DNA of 56,758 nucleotides from positions 1 through 56,758 of the IMG/VR virus record IMGVR_UViG_3300031566_000037; one strand, 5' to 3'. Every line of letters starts with the position of its first letter. Position 1 is the first letter of the stretch. Made by a program: the position numbers and the translations under genes. Shown one piece after another: positions 26,860-35,855 of the stretch. The notes beneath the pieces are model-generated. The model had not been told where the DNA came from. It searched no databases and was given only the letters and a program-made list of their open reading frames with translations. This stretch comes from a virus.

Positions 26860-27276
26860 TTAGCTCCCTGCAGACGGGGGATAGCATACCGCCCCGGTAT
26901 ATTCGCGGAATTCCAAGGTAATGATCTGGTCGGCATGGGGATGGCCATGATACCACGCCTCGAAAATCGCCTCGGGGTTCCACAAGACCACACAATATTT
27001 CTCCTCACTATCGTCCATGTAGTGAGGATAAAACCAAAAGCGATCACGGATCATCCGGATAAAATTCAGGCGTCCCAGGGTACTGGCAAAGACTGTAATG
27101 AATTCAAATGTTGCCCGGTAGTGATCGACGCCCTCGTCATAAACCGTGGGATCGCCGAGCTGGGATTCTATTTTGATCTGCGAGACATATTGCCACTCGC
27201 GGCTATGACCAACTTCGATTTCGTCAAAATCGTATGTGCCGCCCAGGAGCGTTTCGAATCTCACTGCGGTAGCCAT
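26860..27276 (-). CDS. minor tail protein (138 aa)
   Basis: ATG at 27276 (TGATG with the tape-measure stop), RBS GGAGGCGG. Confidence 0.55.
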   Translation of the reverse strand: MATAVRFETLLGGTYDFDEIEVGHSREWQYVSQIKIESQLGDPTVYDEGVDHYRATFEFITVFASTLGRLNFIRMIRDRFWFYPHYMDDSEEKYCVVLWNPEAIFEAWYHGHPHADQIITLEFREYTGAVCYPPSAGS

Positions 27277-29828
27277 CAATCCGCCTCCGTTCCTTGATCG
27301 GCCAACTCTTTCCGGCGCGGCTCATAGTGACGATCGTAGATCCGGACATATGTCATTTCATTGGCCTCATTGATTTCGACGACGGGTTCAAAGTTAAAGC
27401 CCTGTTCACTGATTGTCCCCGGCGCAGACTGCAGCGCGTCTCCGGCAGCAATCGGCGCGAGCCGTCGTTGTACCCCCTGCATGAATAAATCCGCAAAACG
27501 GCCGCCTTCATATCGGGCAAAAAAGTCTGGCCCGGGAGATTGGAAGCCGCCTGACAGCAATGAGCCGAAGCTGGGGACTGGCCCGCTACCAAAGATCGAC
27601 AGAATCGTCTTTAGGATTAAAGCCTTAACGATCGCCGCCGTGAGTTGTGCGAGCAGGCTCTGGAAGAATTTTCCTGCCGCAGACGTGGCTTTTCCGAACG
27701 CCTGCGCCAAACCTTGTCCGGCCAGGTTCCCAAGGCCATCGACGGCAGACATAAGCGTCTGGAACCCGATCTGCCCGAAATCAGATGCCTGGCGCATCTG
27801 GTCTTGCATCATCTCCCATGGAGTGGGATCGGAAAGTTTCTCATGATACCGCTCTAGCTGTCCCTCGAGCTGGTTGTAATATGCGAGATCCTCTTCGGTA
27901 GCATTAACCAGCAACTCCTGCCGCGTGCCGAAGGTTTCAATCATCGCATCGCGTTCTTGCTTTACGAGATCGAATAGCGCCTGGTACTGTCCGCGCCGTT
28001 CCATGAAAGTGCGCTGGGCAGCGGCGCGCCTCCGCTCAGCGCCGATATCGCGTTCGGCAGGTAGCCCGGCCTCGGCGCCTGGCTCTTCGAATACAGGGGC
28101 AGCGGCGGTTGGCGCTTTGCCAGCGATGTCATCCATCCCCTTGCTGACCTTCTCGTAATCGCTGGCCAATTTCCGCGCCGCCTCAGCCCCGCCATACATG
28201 ATCTTCTCGATCGCCCCGATGGCAGCATTGATCGGAGAGACATTAGCGACCGTCCGCGCGGCGAATGGCAGGCCTGTTACAGGGTCAATCCCCGAGGCGA
28301 TATCCCAATATGCCTTAAGAGTTGTCTTCGCCTTATCATCGCCGAATGCGGCTTTGACCAGCGTGGGGATATCACTGATGAGCACAAGCGCCGCCATCAC
28401 CCGCTGGACAGCGGTGCGGAAGGAATCCCACTGATTGATATAATTCCCGATCTCTAAACCAAGTGCGAGTGCGGCGAGTACCCCGACAATGGTCAGGAGA
28501 TTCACGCTGATCGATTTCAGTGTCGGGATGAAATTCGCCTGTGCCACGTGTCGGAATTGATTCAGCGCAGTAATAGACTTTAGGACTTGGCTGCCGAAGA
28601 TGAGAAACGTGCCCCCGGCCAGCGCGATAACAGCAATAAGGCCTCCACCCCCGCCAACCACCAACCCCATCATGCGGATTAATTCGCGATGGCTATCGGC
28701 GAATTCTGCGAATGCCACAACCGCGTCCCGGATCTTTGTTACTAATGCCACGAGATCATCGCGCAGCGCTTCGAAGATAGTGATCTCGATGTCTTCAATC
28801 GCGGATTTCAACAACCGCCCGGCGCCGGAGAAAGAGTCTAATTGAATCGCGGCCATCTCCGCGGCGGCCTCGGTCGCGGTGATTTTCTCCGTAAGATCAG
28901 CGAGTTTCTCGCTCCCCTGCTGTGACAGCGTCAGCCATACGCGGGCACCCTCGGCGCCGAAAACCTTCATGGCTTTCTGCGCATCGAGATGCCCGCGTTC
29001 GAGAGCGCCGACAATATCTGCCATCGAGTGCAATTGCGGATTGATATCGTCTGCGGTAAGGCCCATCTCCCGTAGCGTTGCCGCGCCTTCGCCGCTGATA
29101 TCTGTCAGTTTCAACAGCGATGTCCCAAGGAGTCGCCCGGCACTTGATGCTCGGACACCCGCCGAGACGAGTACGCCGAGCGTGCCCACGGTCTCCTCGA
29201 GGGAAATCCCTAATGCGCTCGCGCTCGAGCTAACAAATGGCAACGCAATCCCGAGGCGTTCGAGTGTCAACTGCGATTTCCCGATACTCGCGGCGAGCAC
29301 ATTTGAAACGCGCCCGGCATCAGAGGCGGCTAACCCGAAAGCATTGAGCTGGCTAACAACAATCTCGGTAGAGGATGCCAGGTCTGATTGTGTCGCCGCC
29401 GCCAGATCCAGGATGGGCTTGAGCGACTGCATCTGTTCCTGCGCACTCTGCCCCGCACTGGCGAGGAAATACATCCCCTCACCAGCCTGGCGCGCAGAGA
29501 ATACCGTCGCCCGTCCCATATCCTTTGCGAAATCAGAAAGTTCTCGGAATTGCGCTTCGGTGGATCCGGATACCGACTGAACATTCCGCATGGTCTGTTC
29601 AAAATCCGCACCGGTTTTAATGATGGCTCGGGACGCTAAGCCAAGAGGGACTGCAATGGCAGCGCCAAGCGCCGCGAATTGCATGCCCATGCGCTGGGTC
29701 TGCTCCCCCATCCGTTTGGATTTTAGCGCAAAGGCATCAAGTCTTGCATCGGCCTGGTCCATCTTTTGAAGGAAGTCGCCGATCGCTCCCTTCAGAACTA
29801 CCTCGAGCTCCGCCAGTCGAGTCGCCAA
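27276..29828 (-). CDS. tail tape measure protein
   Basis: 850 aa. KTGADFEQTMRNVQSVSGSTEAQFRELSDFAKDMGRATVFSARQAGEGMYFLASAG matches the conserved tape-measure core. Contains internal hydrophobic helices. TTG start. Confidence 0.9.
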   Translation of the reverse strand: MATRLAELEVVLKGAIGDFLQKMDQADARLDAFALKSKRMGEQTQRMGMQFAALGAAIAVPLGLASRAIIKTGADFEQTMRNVQSVSGSTEAQFRELSDFAKDMGRATVFSARQAGEGMYFLASAGQSAQEQMQSLKPILDLAAATQSDLASSTEIVVSQLNAFGLAASDAGRVSNVLAASIGKSQLTLERLGIALPFVSSSASALGISLEETVGTLGVLVSAGVRASSAGRLLGTSLLKLTDISGEGAATLREMGLTADDINPQLHSMADIVGALERGHLDAQKAMKVFGAEGARVWLTLSQQGSEKLADLTEKITATEAAAEMAAIQLDSFSGAGRLLKSAIEDIEITIFEALRDDLVALVTKIRDAVVAFAEFADSHRELIRMMGLVVGGGGGLIAVIALAGGTFLIFGSQVLKSITALNQFRHVAQANFIPTLKSISVNLLTIVGVLAALALGLEIGNYINQWDSFRTAVQRVMAALVLISDIPTLVKAAFGDDKAKTTLKAYWDIASGIDPVTGLPFAARTVANVSPINAAIGAIEKIMYGGAEAARKLASDYEKVSKGMDDIAGKAPTAAAPVFEEPGAEAGLPAERDIGAERRRAAAQRTFMERRGQYQALFDLVKQERDAMIETFGTRQELLVNATEEDLAYYNQLEGQLERYHEKLSDPTPWEMMQDQMRQASDFGQIGFQTLMSAVDGLGNLAGQGLAQAFGKATSAAGKFFQSLLAQLTAAIVKALILKTILSIFGSGPVPSFGSLLSGGFQSPGPDFFARYEGGRFADLFMQGVQRRLAPIAAGDALQSAPGTISEQGFNFEPVVEINEANEMTYVRIYDRHYEPRRKELADQGTEAD

Positions 29829-30563
29829 TTGCCCTCCGTGGCACCATGGGCAGACTACCGAACATCTTCATCAAGGTCTTATACTTAAGCCCGGCGCCTG
29901 CTCCTTTCAGGCGCGACAAGACCCCGCGTAATCTGCCATATAGTTTCTGGGGTTCCTTGCCATGAATCATTCCCAGCAGGCTCATCCGCCTTTGTACATC
30001 GCGAATAGCGGCCTGCTTTGAGTACAGCATCAACTCTTCAAAGTTGAACTCTCGGATTTCGTCGAGCCTGTATCCTCGCCCAACGAGCTCATCAACTGTT
30101 TGAGCGAATCGAACCACGCCTTCAGCGCGGCCACCGGCATCCCCGCCGCCTCCAGGACTCCGAAAAAAGCCTTGGCGACTCCCTGGTGTATCCTCACGAA
30201 CACCTCGACGATATTAAGCATATCCTCTGCATCCATATCGTCATAATCGGCCTCTGTGAGATTGGTAGCCAACTCGAGCATCGCTACCAAGGGATCCCAA
30301 ATTGCAACCACCAGACTGCCGATAAACGCATAACCACTCGCAGCCTTATCCGTTTCTTCGGCCTTGGTCTTAGTCGCCGCCGTCAGCCCCGCCAACGCGC
30401 TGACGAATGTCCCCGCATGCTGAATGATTTGCCGCAGCTTTAAGCGACTGACTTCAGCTATCCGCCCGTCACGAAGCGGGACACATTCGGGTACCCGGAG
30501 CACAACCCTGGCCTCGCTATCTGCACTACCATCACTGGGCTTCAAAGAGCCTCCTGCTGCCAT
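29737..30563 (-). CDS. tail assembly chaperone, predicted -1 frameshift fusion (gpGT-like, ~275 aa)
   Basis: The -1 frame is open, with no stop, from the slippery heptamer at 30162-30168 down to the stop at 29737. Frame arithmetic: 30563 mod 3 = 2 and 30162 mod 3 = 0, which is a -1 shift. Confidence 0.55.
30030..30563 (-). CDS. tail assembly chaperone (gpG-like, 177 aa)
   Basis: RBS AAGGAGGA. Lies immediately upstream of the tape measure and contains the slippery site. Confidence 0.7.
   Translation of the reverse strand: MAAGGSLKPSDGSADSEARVVLRVPECVPLRDGRIAEVSRLKLRQIIQHAGTFVSALAGLTAATKTKAEETDKAASGYAFIGSLVVAIWDPLVAMLELATNLTEADYDDMDAEDMLNIVEVFVRIHQGVAKAFFGVLEAAGMPVAALKAWFDSLKQLMSSLGEDTGSTKSESSTLKS
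30162..30168 (-). promoter_or_regulatory. -1 programmed ribosomal frameshift slippery heptamer T_TTT_TTC
   Basis: The minus strand reads GCT TTT TTC GGA in the zero frame (protein AKAFFGV), i.e. X_XXY_YYZ in the correct phase. Confidence 0.55.
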
Positions 30564-30576
30564 CAGAACATCCTCC

Positions 30577-31125
30577 TTACGTGGCCGGACAAGTCGATTG
30601 AATCTCTATGTTCCCAAAAGGCTCTGCAGGATGCAGAGACGCACAGTCGGTTGCCCGGAACCGAATCGGGAACTCCACAATCGACTCGCCGAACTCCATG
30701 GTAAACTCTGCGGTAATGAGCGCAGCCCACAGGTTGATATTCAACCACTTGCTGGCACAGGGGAACGCATGCTCAAACCGCACGCCATAATGCCTGCCAC
30801 AATCCGGCTTTTTGAACGGGATCTTACACGATGAAACATCGGGGATCCAATTCACTCCCAGGGCAGTCGCCAGATTATAGACGGTGATCTCATGGATGAG
30901 CACTTCCAACTCAAACTCTGCGCGGATTGGAATCGCAGCATCGAACTGACCATCCCGGCTACGGTAATGGTCAATGTATGTCGGGCGATAGGTAAAGCGT
31001 ATCACCCCACACTCGCCGAGATTCGTTTCCGCGCCACCGCTGTGGTTACAGACAAAGACCTGACCAGAATTGACCGTGTAATTCTCGTTGGTCGATTCTT
31101 CGGTGCAGGCGTCACAGATGGACAC
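30577..31125 (-). CDS. major tail (tube) protein candidate, Cys-rich
   Basis: GTG at 31125 lies 8 nt after GAGGAGG (track ORF extends to 31134). Assigned from position before the chaperones. 9 Cys in ~182 aa. Confidence 0.55.
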   Translation of the reverse strand: MSICDACTEESTNENYTVNSGQVFVCNHSGGAETNLGECGVIRFTYRPTYIDHYRSRDGQFDAAIPIRAEFELEVLIHEITVYNLATALGVNWIPDVSSCKIPFKKPDCGRHYGVRFEHAFPCASKWLNINLWAALITAEFTMEFGESIVEFPIRFRATDCASLHPAEPFGNIEIQSTCPAT

Positions 31126-31140
31126 TAATCTCACCTCCTC

Positions 31141-31635
31141 TCACAGGCAAAATTCCGGTTGCCCGGGGCGGCAGCATTGATACGCTACCTTGAACATATA
31201 TCGCGTGCTTTGGTGCCAGGCCTGAATAGTGGAATCGACGTCCGGCTCATCCAGGTCACCATCCCACCGCGAATTCATCACAATGATCTCATCTGAGGAT
31301 CCCGGGCTGCAGCAATCAAAGTCACACTTGGCACAGCCGAAGCGCCGCCGGATCCAGTAGAGGATGTCGCCCAAAACCAAGTCGGCGTTTTGGGTTTCAG
31401 AATAATCGATACGCACATATGGGGTAAAAGTGCAGAACACATGCTGTAGCGGCTCACTGACAAATCCGGGGATCGGAGCGCCAAAGGCTTTCCCGTAACA
31501 CAGGCATGCGCGGAAGGAGCCATTATCTGGTCGCGCCGCTCGCCGCAGGCCATCGGTTGTGTCCAGAATCGCCATCAGGTGCTGGCAGCCTAAAAGACAG
31601 TCGCACACATAAGAATAAAAAGCACTTATCCTCAT
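31141..31635 (-). CDS. tail completion/terminator candidate, very Cys-rich
   Basis: 164 aa with 13 Cys (CDC, CLC, CAKCDFDCC, QCC). ATGA coupling. Role assigned from position. Confidence 0.45.
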   Translation of the reverse strand: MRISAFYSYVCDCLLGCQHLMAILDTTDGLRRAARPDNGSFRACLCYGKAFGAPIPGFVSEPLQHVFCTFTPYVRIDYSETQNADLVLGDILYWIRRRFGCAKCDFDCCSPGSSDEIIVMNSRWDGDLDEPDVDSTIQAWHQSTRYMFKVAYQCCRPGQPEFCL

Positions 31636-32027
31636 AACTGGATGCTCCGATCAATTACCTTTTTGTATTCATCCTGGATGTACTGTAGCACAACTGCCCG
31701 CTGTTTTTCAAACGCTTCAAATAGGAACCCCCCGTCCGGCAGATTCTCTATAAACTCTGCATATGCTCGATCGGTGCCAACGCTGACCTCTACCGTCCGC
31801 ATGGTAACATTTGTGATCTGCGCGGTCTGCGATCGCCACAGCGCGCCAGTCAACACATGATCTTTCGCCGTAATAATCTGCGCAGCTGAATTGGCAATGA
31901 TCAACCCCCCGCCCCGGAAGACGCGTCCGATATCTAAGCCGAACCGAGTCTTCAGGGCGGCGATATTCTTCTTCGCATTCCGGATCCCCCGCAAATTCTG
32001 TTCTTCCTGTGCTGTAATACCCATCAA
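31632..32027 (-). CDS. HK97 gp10-like head-tail component
   Basis: VLTGALWRSQ...AYAEFIENLPDGGF resembles the gp10 family (TG.L..S ... YA.fvE.G). Confidence 0.6.
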   Translation of the reverse strand: MMGITAQEEQNLRGIRNAKKNIAALKTRFGLDIGRVFRGGGLIIANSAAQIITAKDHVLTGALWRSQTAQITNVTMRTVEVSVGTDRAYAEFIENLPDGGFLFEAFEKQRAVVLQYIQDEYKKVIDRSIQL

Positions 32028-32380
32028 TCCTGCCCCGGCCTTGTCGGCGGCACCTTGATTTCACGCACCCAACATTTCATGTATTCCATCGAATCTTGAC
32101 CGCGTGGCCGTTTGGCCATCGTAACGATCATCTCTGAGCCTCCGGAGCGGATCACCTTGTCGCCGGTTTGGATGTCTTTCAATTGCCCGATCATCATGAA
32201 GCGCGCTACCTGGCGCTCGCCTTCATCGGCATATAGGGTCTCGGCATCGGGGTGATAAATCCGGCAATGATACCGCGCGATGTGTGCCGTGAAGACCGGG
32301 ATCTTGCCACATGCGCTATCGCTAAGCGTGGTCTTCCGCTGGATCGCTACGGTTTCATTCAACAACAATCCGCGATACAT
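32024..32380 (-). CDS. head closure / head-tail adaptor candidate (118 aa)
   Basis: Assigned from size and position. Confidence 0.45.
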   Translation of the reverse strand: MYRGLLLNETVAIQRKTTLSDSACGKIPVFTAHIARYHCRIYHPDAETLYADEGERQVARFMMIGQLKDIQTGDKVIRSGGSEMIVTMAKRPRGQDSMEYMKCWVREIKVPPTRPGQD

Positions 32381-33372
32381 TAAAACACCCGCCCCCCAAA
32401 CTGCTTCCGCAGGAAACTGAACAGCAACCCGTCGATCGCAGGGATCCCGGTCTCATTATGCACCGCCGCACGTTCGAATAATTCCCGGAGAGTATAGGCA
32501 TAGCCGTCCACCGATTCGCTCGCAAAGTTCGCAAACATCGGCGCGGTAACTGTGTCCCACTTCCCGCCCTCTTTCAGGAGCAGACACGTTGCCAGCGATA
32601 TGGGATCCGGACATGCGGCATAGAGCCCCCAGGTCGCCTCGACTGCGATATTCTTAAACCCATATGGGAATATCGACGATGTCCCACTGCAGTATGCCAC
32701 TGCGGCTTCGCCGGTCGGCGGATCCATCTGGTTCCGCGGCCACGGTCGACCGTCTTTATGGATCAGCCAAGTCCCGCGGATCCTATAATCTGCGACCGTG
32801 AAAGTCGCTGTAGAATCATCAAGATTCGTGATGGCGGTCAATTCCAGGATCGGCCCATCGCATGGCAAATAGAACATCCCGGTGCCATCGACATAGCGGG
32901 TCTCTTGTACTGGCAAAAAATGCTGCCCGCAGACTCGATCGATGATCGACATAGCAATCCGAATGAGATATTGAATATCATCATCCGGCAGCGGGCTGCT
33001 TATGAGACAGCGTGCACGCGCCTCGGTTACGGACAGGTAATAATCCGCAGCTGCAAACGTCCCAGCTGCATAGACATAGAATTCCAGCGTGGCCGTTACG
33101 GCATCGTGCCCAGCCTCCGGGGTGTAGTACCACTTGTCATAATGCTTACCCAAAGTCTCGGCGCCAGGGACGGCCCAATCCACATAATAAAGCCCGGTAG
33201 CATCGCGCACGATCCCGCTGGCCACAAAGGTGTGTAAAACCGTGAGATCCGCCGCGAGAATCTCTACCTGCGTGAATGCATATGGGTCATAAAGATTCCC
33301 CTCGGGATCGTGGAATTTGATGCCAAGTCGGACGGTCTGGCCCCGCTCGGCAGCATAGCGTGAAACGGCCAT
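32380..33372 (-). CDS. Ig-like domain fused to gp6-like head-tail connector
   Basis: The N-terminal ~105 aa is a beta-sandwich similar to the two upstream genes. The middle segment (YYLSVTEARARCLISSPLPDDDIQYLIRIAMSIIDRVCG) resembles gp6-type DNA-packaging/connector proteins. Confidence 0.5.
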   Translation of the reverse strand: MAVSRYAAERGQTVRLGIKFHDPEGNLYDPYAFTQVEILAADLTVLHTFVASGIVRDATGLYYVDWAVPGAETLGKHYDKWYYTPEAGHDAVTATLEFYVYAAGTFAAADYYLSVTEARARCLISSPLPDDDIQYLIRIAMSIIDRVCGQHFLPVQETRYVDGTGMFYLPCDGPILELTAITNLDDSTATFTVADYRIRGTWLIHKDGRPWPRNQMDPPTGEAAVAYCSGTSSIFPYGFKNIAVEATWGLYAACPDPISLATCLLLKEGGKWDTVTAPMFANFASESVDGYAYTLRELFERAAVHNETGIPAIDGLLFSFLRKQFGGRVF

Positions 33373-33384
33373 CGCAATCGCCTC

Positions 33385-33693
33385 CTAATATGCCTGCGCG
33401 GTGAAACCACGCAATGCTTCGATGATGTCCTCATCGACATCAAACACCTGAAACGAAAAACATGGCGGGATAGAGCAGTCCAGGGTCACCAGCCATGCCC
33501 CGAGTGCATCCGGGGTGAAGTCCGCGTAGTAGACTGCCGTCGCGCCGATCTCTACCGCACCCGGCGCCAGCGCCAGCACCAGCAAGGGATTGTAGACTTC
33601 AACCGTGATATTCCCGGCGATCCCCGTTGCCAAGGTTTTGTCCGCATTTAGGATCCGCATGAACACGCGGATTGGTTCGTTAATGATGTTCAT
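33385..33693 (-). CDS. Ig-like small virion protein (102 aa)
   Basis: Beta-sandwich pattern ITVEVYNP...AVYYADFTPDALGAWLVTL. Confidence 0.5.
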   Translation of the reverse strand: MNIINEPIRVFMRILNADKTLATGIAGNITVEVYNPLLVLALAPGAVEIGATAVYYADFTPDALGAWLVTLDCSIPPCFSFQVFDVDEDIIEALRGFTAQAY

Positions 33694-33983
33694 GCGGTAA
33701 TCGTCCCTTCCTGATATACAAAGAAACTCCCCCAGCCATAGACAGCGTCGGCAACGACGCTCACGGAAACTTTATGCATTCCGCCGCTGTCTGGTGTGGC
33801 GTTGTAATAATATTCTCCGCCCCCGATCTCGGTTGCATTCCCGGATGCGAGGATTGTGTTGTCCTCGCGCCGGACTTCGACCGCGACTGTTCTGCCCGTC
33901 AGCGGCCCGGTTTCATCAACCACCGCGATCGGGATCTGGATCTGTTTCCCGATCGGATGTAGCCCACACCAGCCTGTGCTCAT
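33690..33983 (-). CDS. Ig-like small virion protein (97 aa)
   Basis: Beta-sandwich pattern IQIPIAVVDETGPLTGRTVAVEV...GEYYYNATPDSGGMHKVSV. Confidence 0.5.
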   Translation of the reverse strand: MSTGWCGLHPIGKQIQIPIAVVDETGPLTGRTVAVEVRREDNTILASGNATEIGGGEYYYNATPDSGGMHKVSVSVVADAVYGWGSFFVYQEGTITA

Positions 33984-34007
33984 GGCGTTATCTCCAATGT
34001 AGTTGCG

Positions 34008-34685
34008 TTATACATTTTCCCAATATCCAACTGTTCTGAAGAGAACTATCCCCATGCCCGCGCCACTGAAATCGGCACAAAAGCAGAACTTCTGGTCGAC
34101 GATTTTAATAATCGTTGTGAAATTGAATTGAGCGTTGACTGCCTGGAGCCTATAGCTTTGCCGCTTCCCGTTAGCCTCAGATTCATACGGGTGTAGGACT
34201 AACCGACCGGCGATAGCTGCTCTGTCTAAATATGTCACATACACCAGGGCGGCAACGACATCGCTGCTTAGAAACTCTGAACAATCTACCTCAAAGTATT
34301 TGAAGGCCCAAGGGGAACTGACAGTCGGACTGTTAGTGGTAATCGCATCCCCCGCGCTCCATGCCACGGTCATAGGTGCTGTCAAAGTAATTCTATTTGT
34401 CAGCGTGTTCACCGATTCAATCAGCCTGTATTCTCCGATGGTTGAATTGTATAGTCTCAGGTGCCCGATCTCGTTCCCGGTCACAAGTCTCGGCACAATG
34501 CTGTCTTCATTGCCGACAACATTTTTATAGACCAAAATGGTATCTGAAACAAACGTATCTATCTCCGCGGCAAAAATTGTATCACTGCTAGCGGCATTCC
34601 CGAAAATCTCATCGTCACTCGTGTAGTTAACAAACCTCGTGAGGGGGCTCGGAACGCTACCGCCGATCCTGGTTACAATGATCAT
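34008..34685 (-). CDS. hypothetical virion-module protein (225 aa)
   Basis: ATG at 34685 (ATGA overlap). Confidence 0.5.
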   Translation of the reverse strand: MIIVTRIGGSVPSPLTRFVNYTSDDEIFGNAASSDTIFAAEIDTFVSDTILVYKNVVGNEDSIVPRLVTGNEIGHLRLYNSTIGEYRLIESVNTLTNRITLTAPMTVAWSAGDAITTNSPTVSSPWAFKYFEVDCSEFLSSDVVAALVYVTYLDRAAIAGRLVLHPYESEANGKRQSYRLQAVNAQFNFTTIIKIVDQKFCFCADFSGAGMGIVLFRTVGYWENV

Positions 34686-35401
34686 GATACCCGCGCTCCT
34701 CTCGGACTCGAGTTCGGGATTGCCGCACAGTTCCATGACCAGCCGTTGCCGACGATTCCGCCGTTATAGTGTGGTACACTCGCATCGTGTACCTGCGTGC
34801 CGGAGCCTTCATCGAAATTGAATCGCATGAGATCGGTCGGGCGAGCGGCAAATGGGTATCCGGTCATGAGCGGCCAGTCCACATAGTCACTGCAAATCGC
34901 CAATTGCCAAATCCGCATTGCCATGCCCCGGCCAACCATCGCCGACGCTTCTGGCAGCAACATCACAAATGCATTCCCGACCGGCCACGGCGGTTTGAGG
35001 CTCCCATTAATCACGGCTTGGTATGCTGTCTGGATCGGTGGGAAGAGAGAGATGCTTTGTACCCGCCACTCGATGAAGTAATGCGTGCCGACCACCATTT
35101 TATTGACAACAGCGTTGCCGTAGCCTCCGGTGCCGACGCCCGCCCAGCGGACGGCAAAAAAGTCGTGTGTGCCCTCGACATAGATTTCAATGCCTTCAAC
35201 TATAGCCCCGCCAGCATCCCGCGTTGCCCATTCGAATAGATACGCATCGTGTGGCGCTGGCATATTCAAGACCTCAAACTCCATTGTAACTGTGAGATTT
35301 TTCCGGTCACTTGGCTCCGGCATTGGAATCGCAACGTGCGCGCTGCCCGGCGTATCGCCTGGCAATTCGATGTAACAGCGCCGCTGTTTAGATACCCCCA
35401 C
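34682..35401 (-). CDS. concanavalin/LamG-like protein (239 aa)
   Basis: GTG start 6 nt after GGGGGAG. RFNFDEGSGTQVHDASVPHYNGGIVGNGWSW is a typical LamG-domain entry motif, but here it sits at the C-terminus. Confidence 0.5.
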   Translation of the reverse strand: MGVSKQRRCYIELPGDTPGSAHVAIPMPEPSDRKNLTVTMEFEVLNMPAPHDAYLFEWATRDAGGAIVEGIEIYVEGTHDFFAVRWAGVGTGGYGNAVVNKMVVGTHYFIEWRVQSISLFPPIQTAYQAVINGSLKPPWPVGNAFVMLLPEASAMVGRGMAMRIWQLAICSDYVDWPLMTGYPFAARPTDLMRFNFDEGSGTQVHDASVPHYNGGIVGNGWSWNCAAIPNSSPRGARVS

Positions 35402-35420
35402 TGCTTACTCCCCCGGAATC

Positions 35421-35855
35421 CTACAGGATCCCGTAAGTATAAGATCCATAATCAGCATCGATCCGCATGGCCCCAGGCCCGGCTGGACGGATGAAATATC
35501 CACGCGCGGTAAACGTAATGGCCTTCCCACCGCTGGCCCGCCGCACCACAAATTCCGCATTGGCCGGCAGAATCATTGCCTGCACATAGGTGCGCTTCCC
35601 GTGTTCGTAAAACCCCTGCACGTAGTCGAATTCAAAAAAGGTGCCGCCCTGTTGATATGCCAATACCAATTCTGTGCTGGCCTGATCGCCACTCGGGAAA
35701 TCCAGATCTTGAATCGCGATACAATAGTGGCTCGGCGGCCTCACGATAATATGCCAGTTATCATCGGCCCAGGTCATTGGTACACGATACCAGGATTGAA
35801 CCGGCTTTCCAAAAGCAACGGCGCGCCGGAATTTATTGATCATCGGATAGCCCAT
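35421..35855 (-). CDS. hypothetical virion-module protein (144 aa)
   Basis: RBS GAGGAGGAG. Confidence 0.5.
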   Translation of the reverse strand: MGYPMINKFRRAVAFGKPVQSWYRVPMTWADDNWHIIVRPPSHYCIAIQDLDFPSGDQASTELVLAYQQGGTFFEFDYVQGFYEHGKRTYVQAMILPANAEFVVRRASGGKAITFTARGYFIRPAGPGAMRIDADYGSYTYGIL

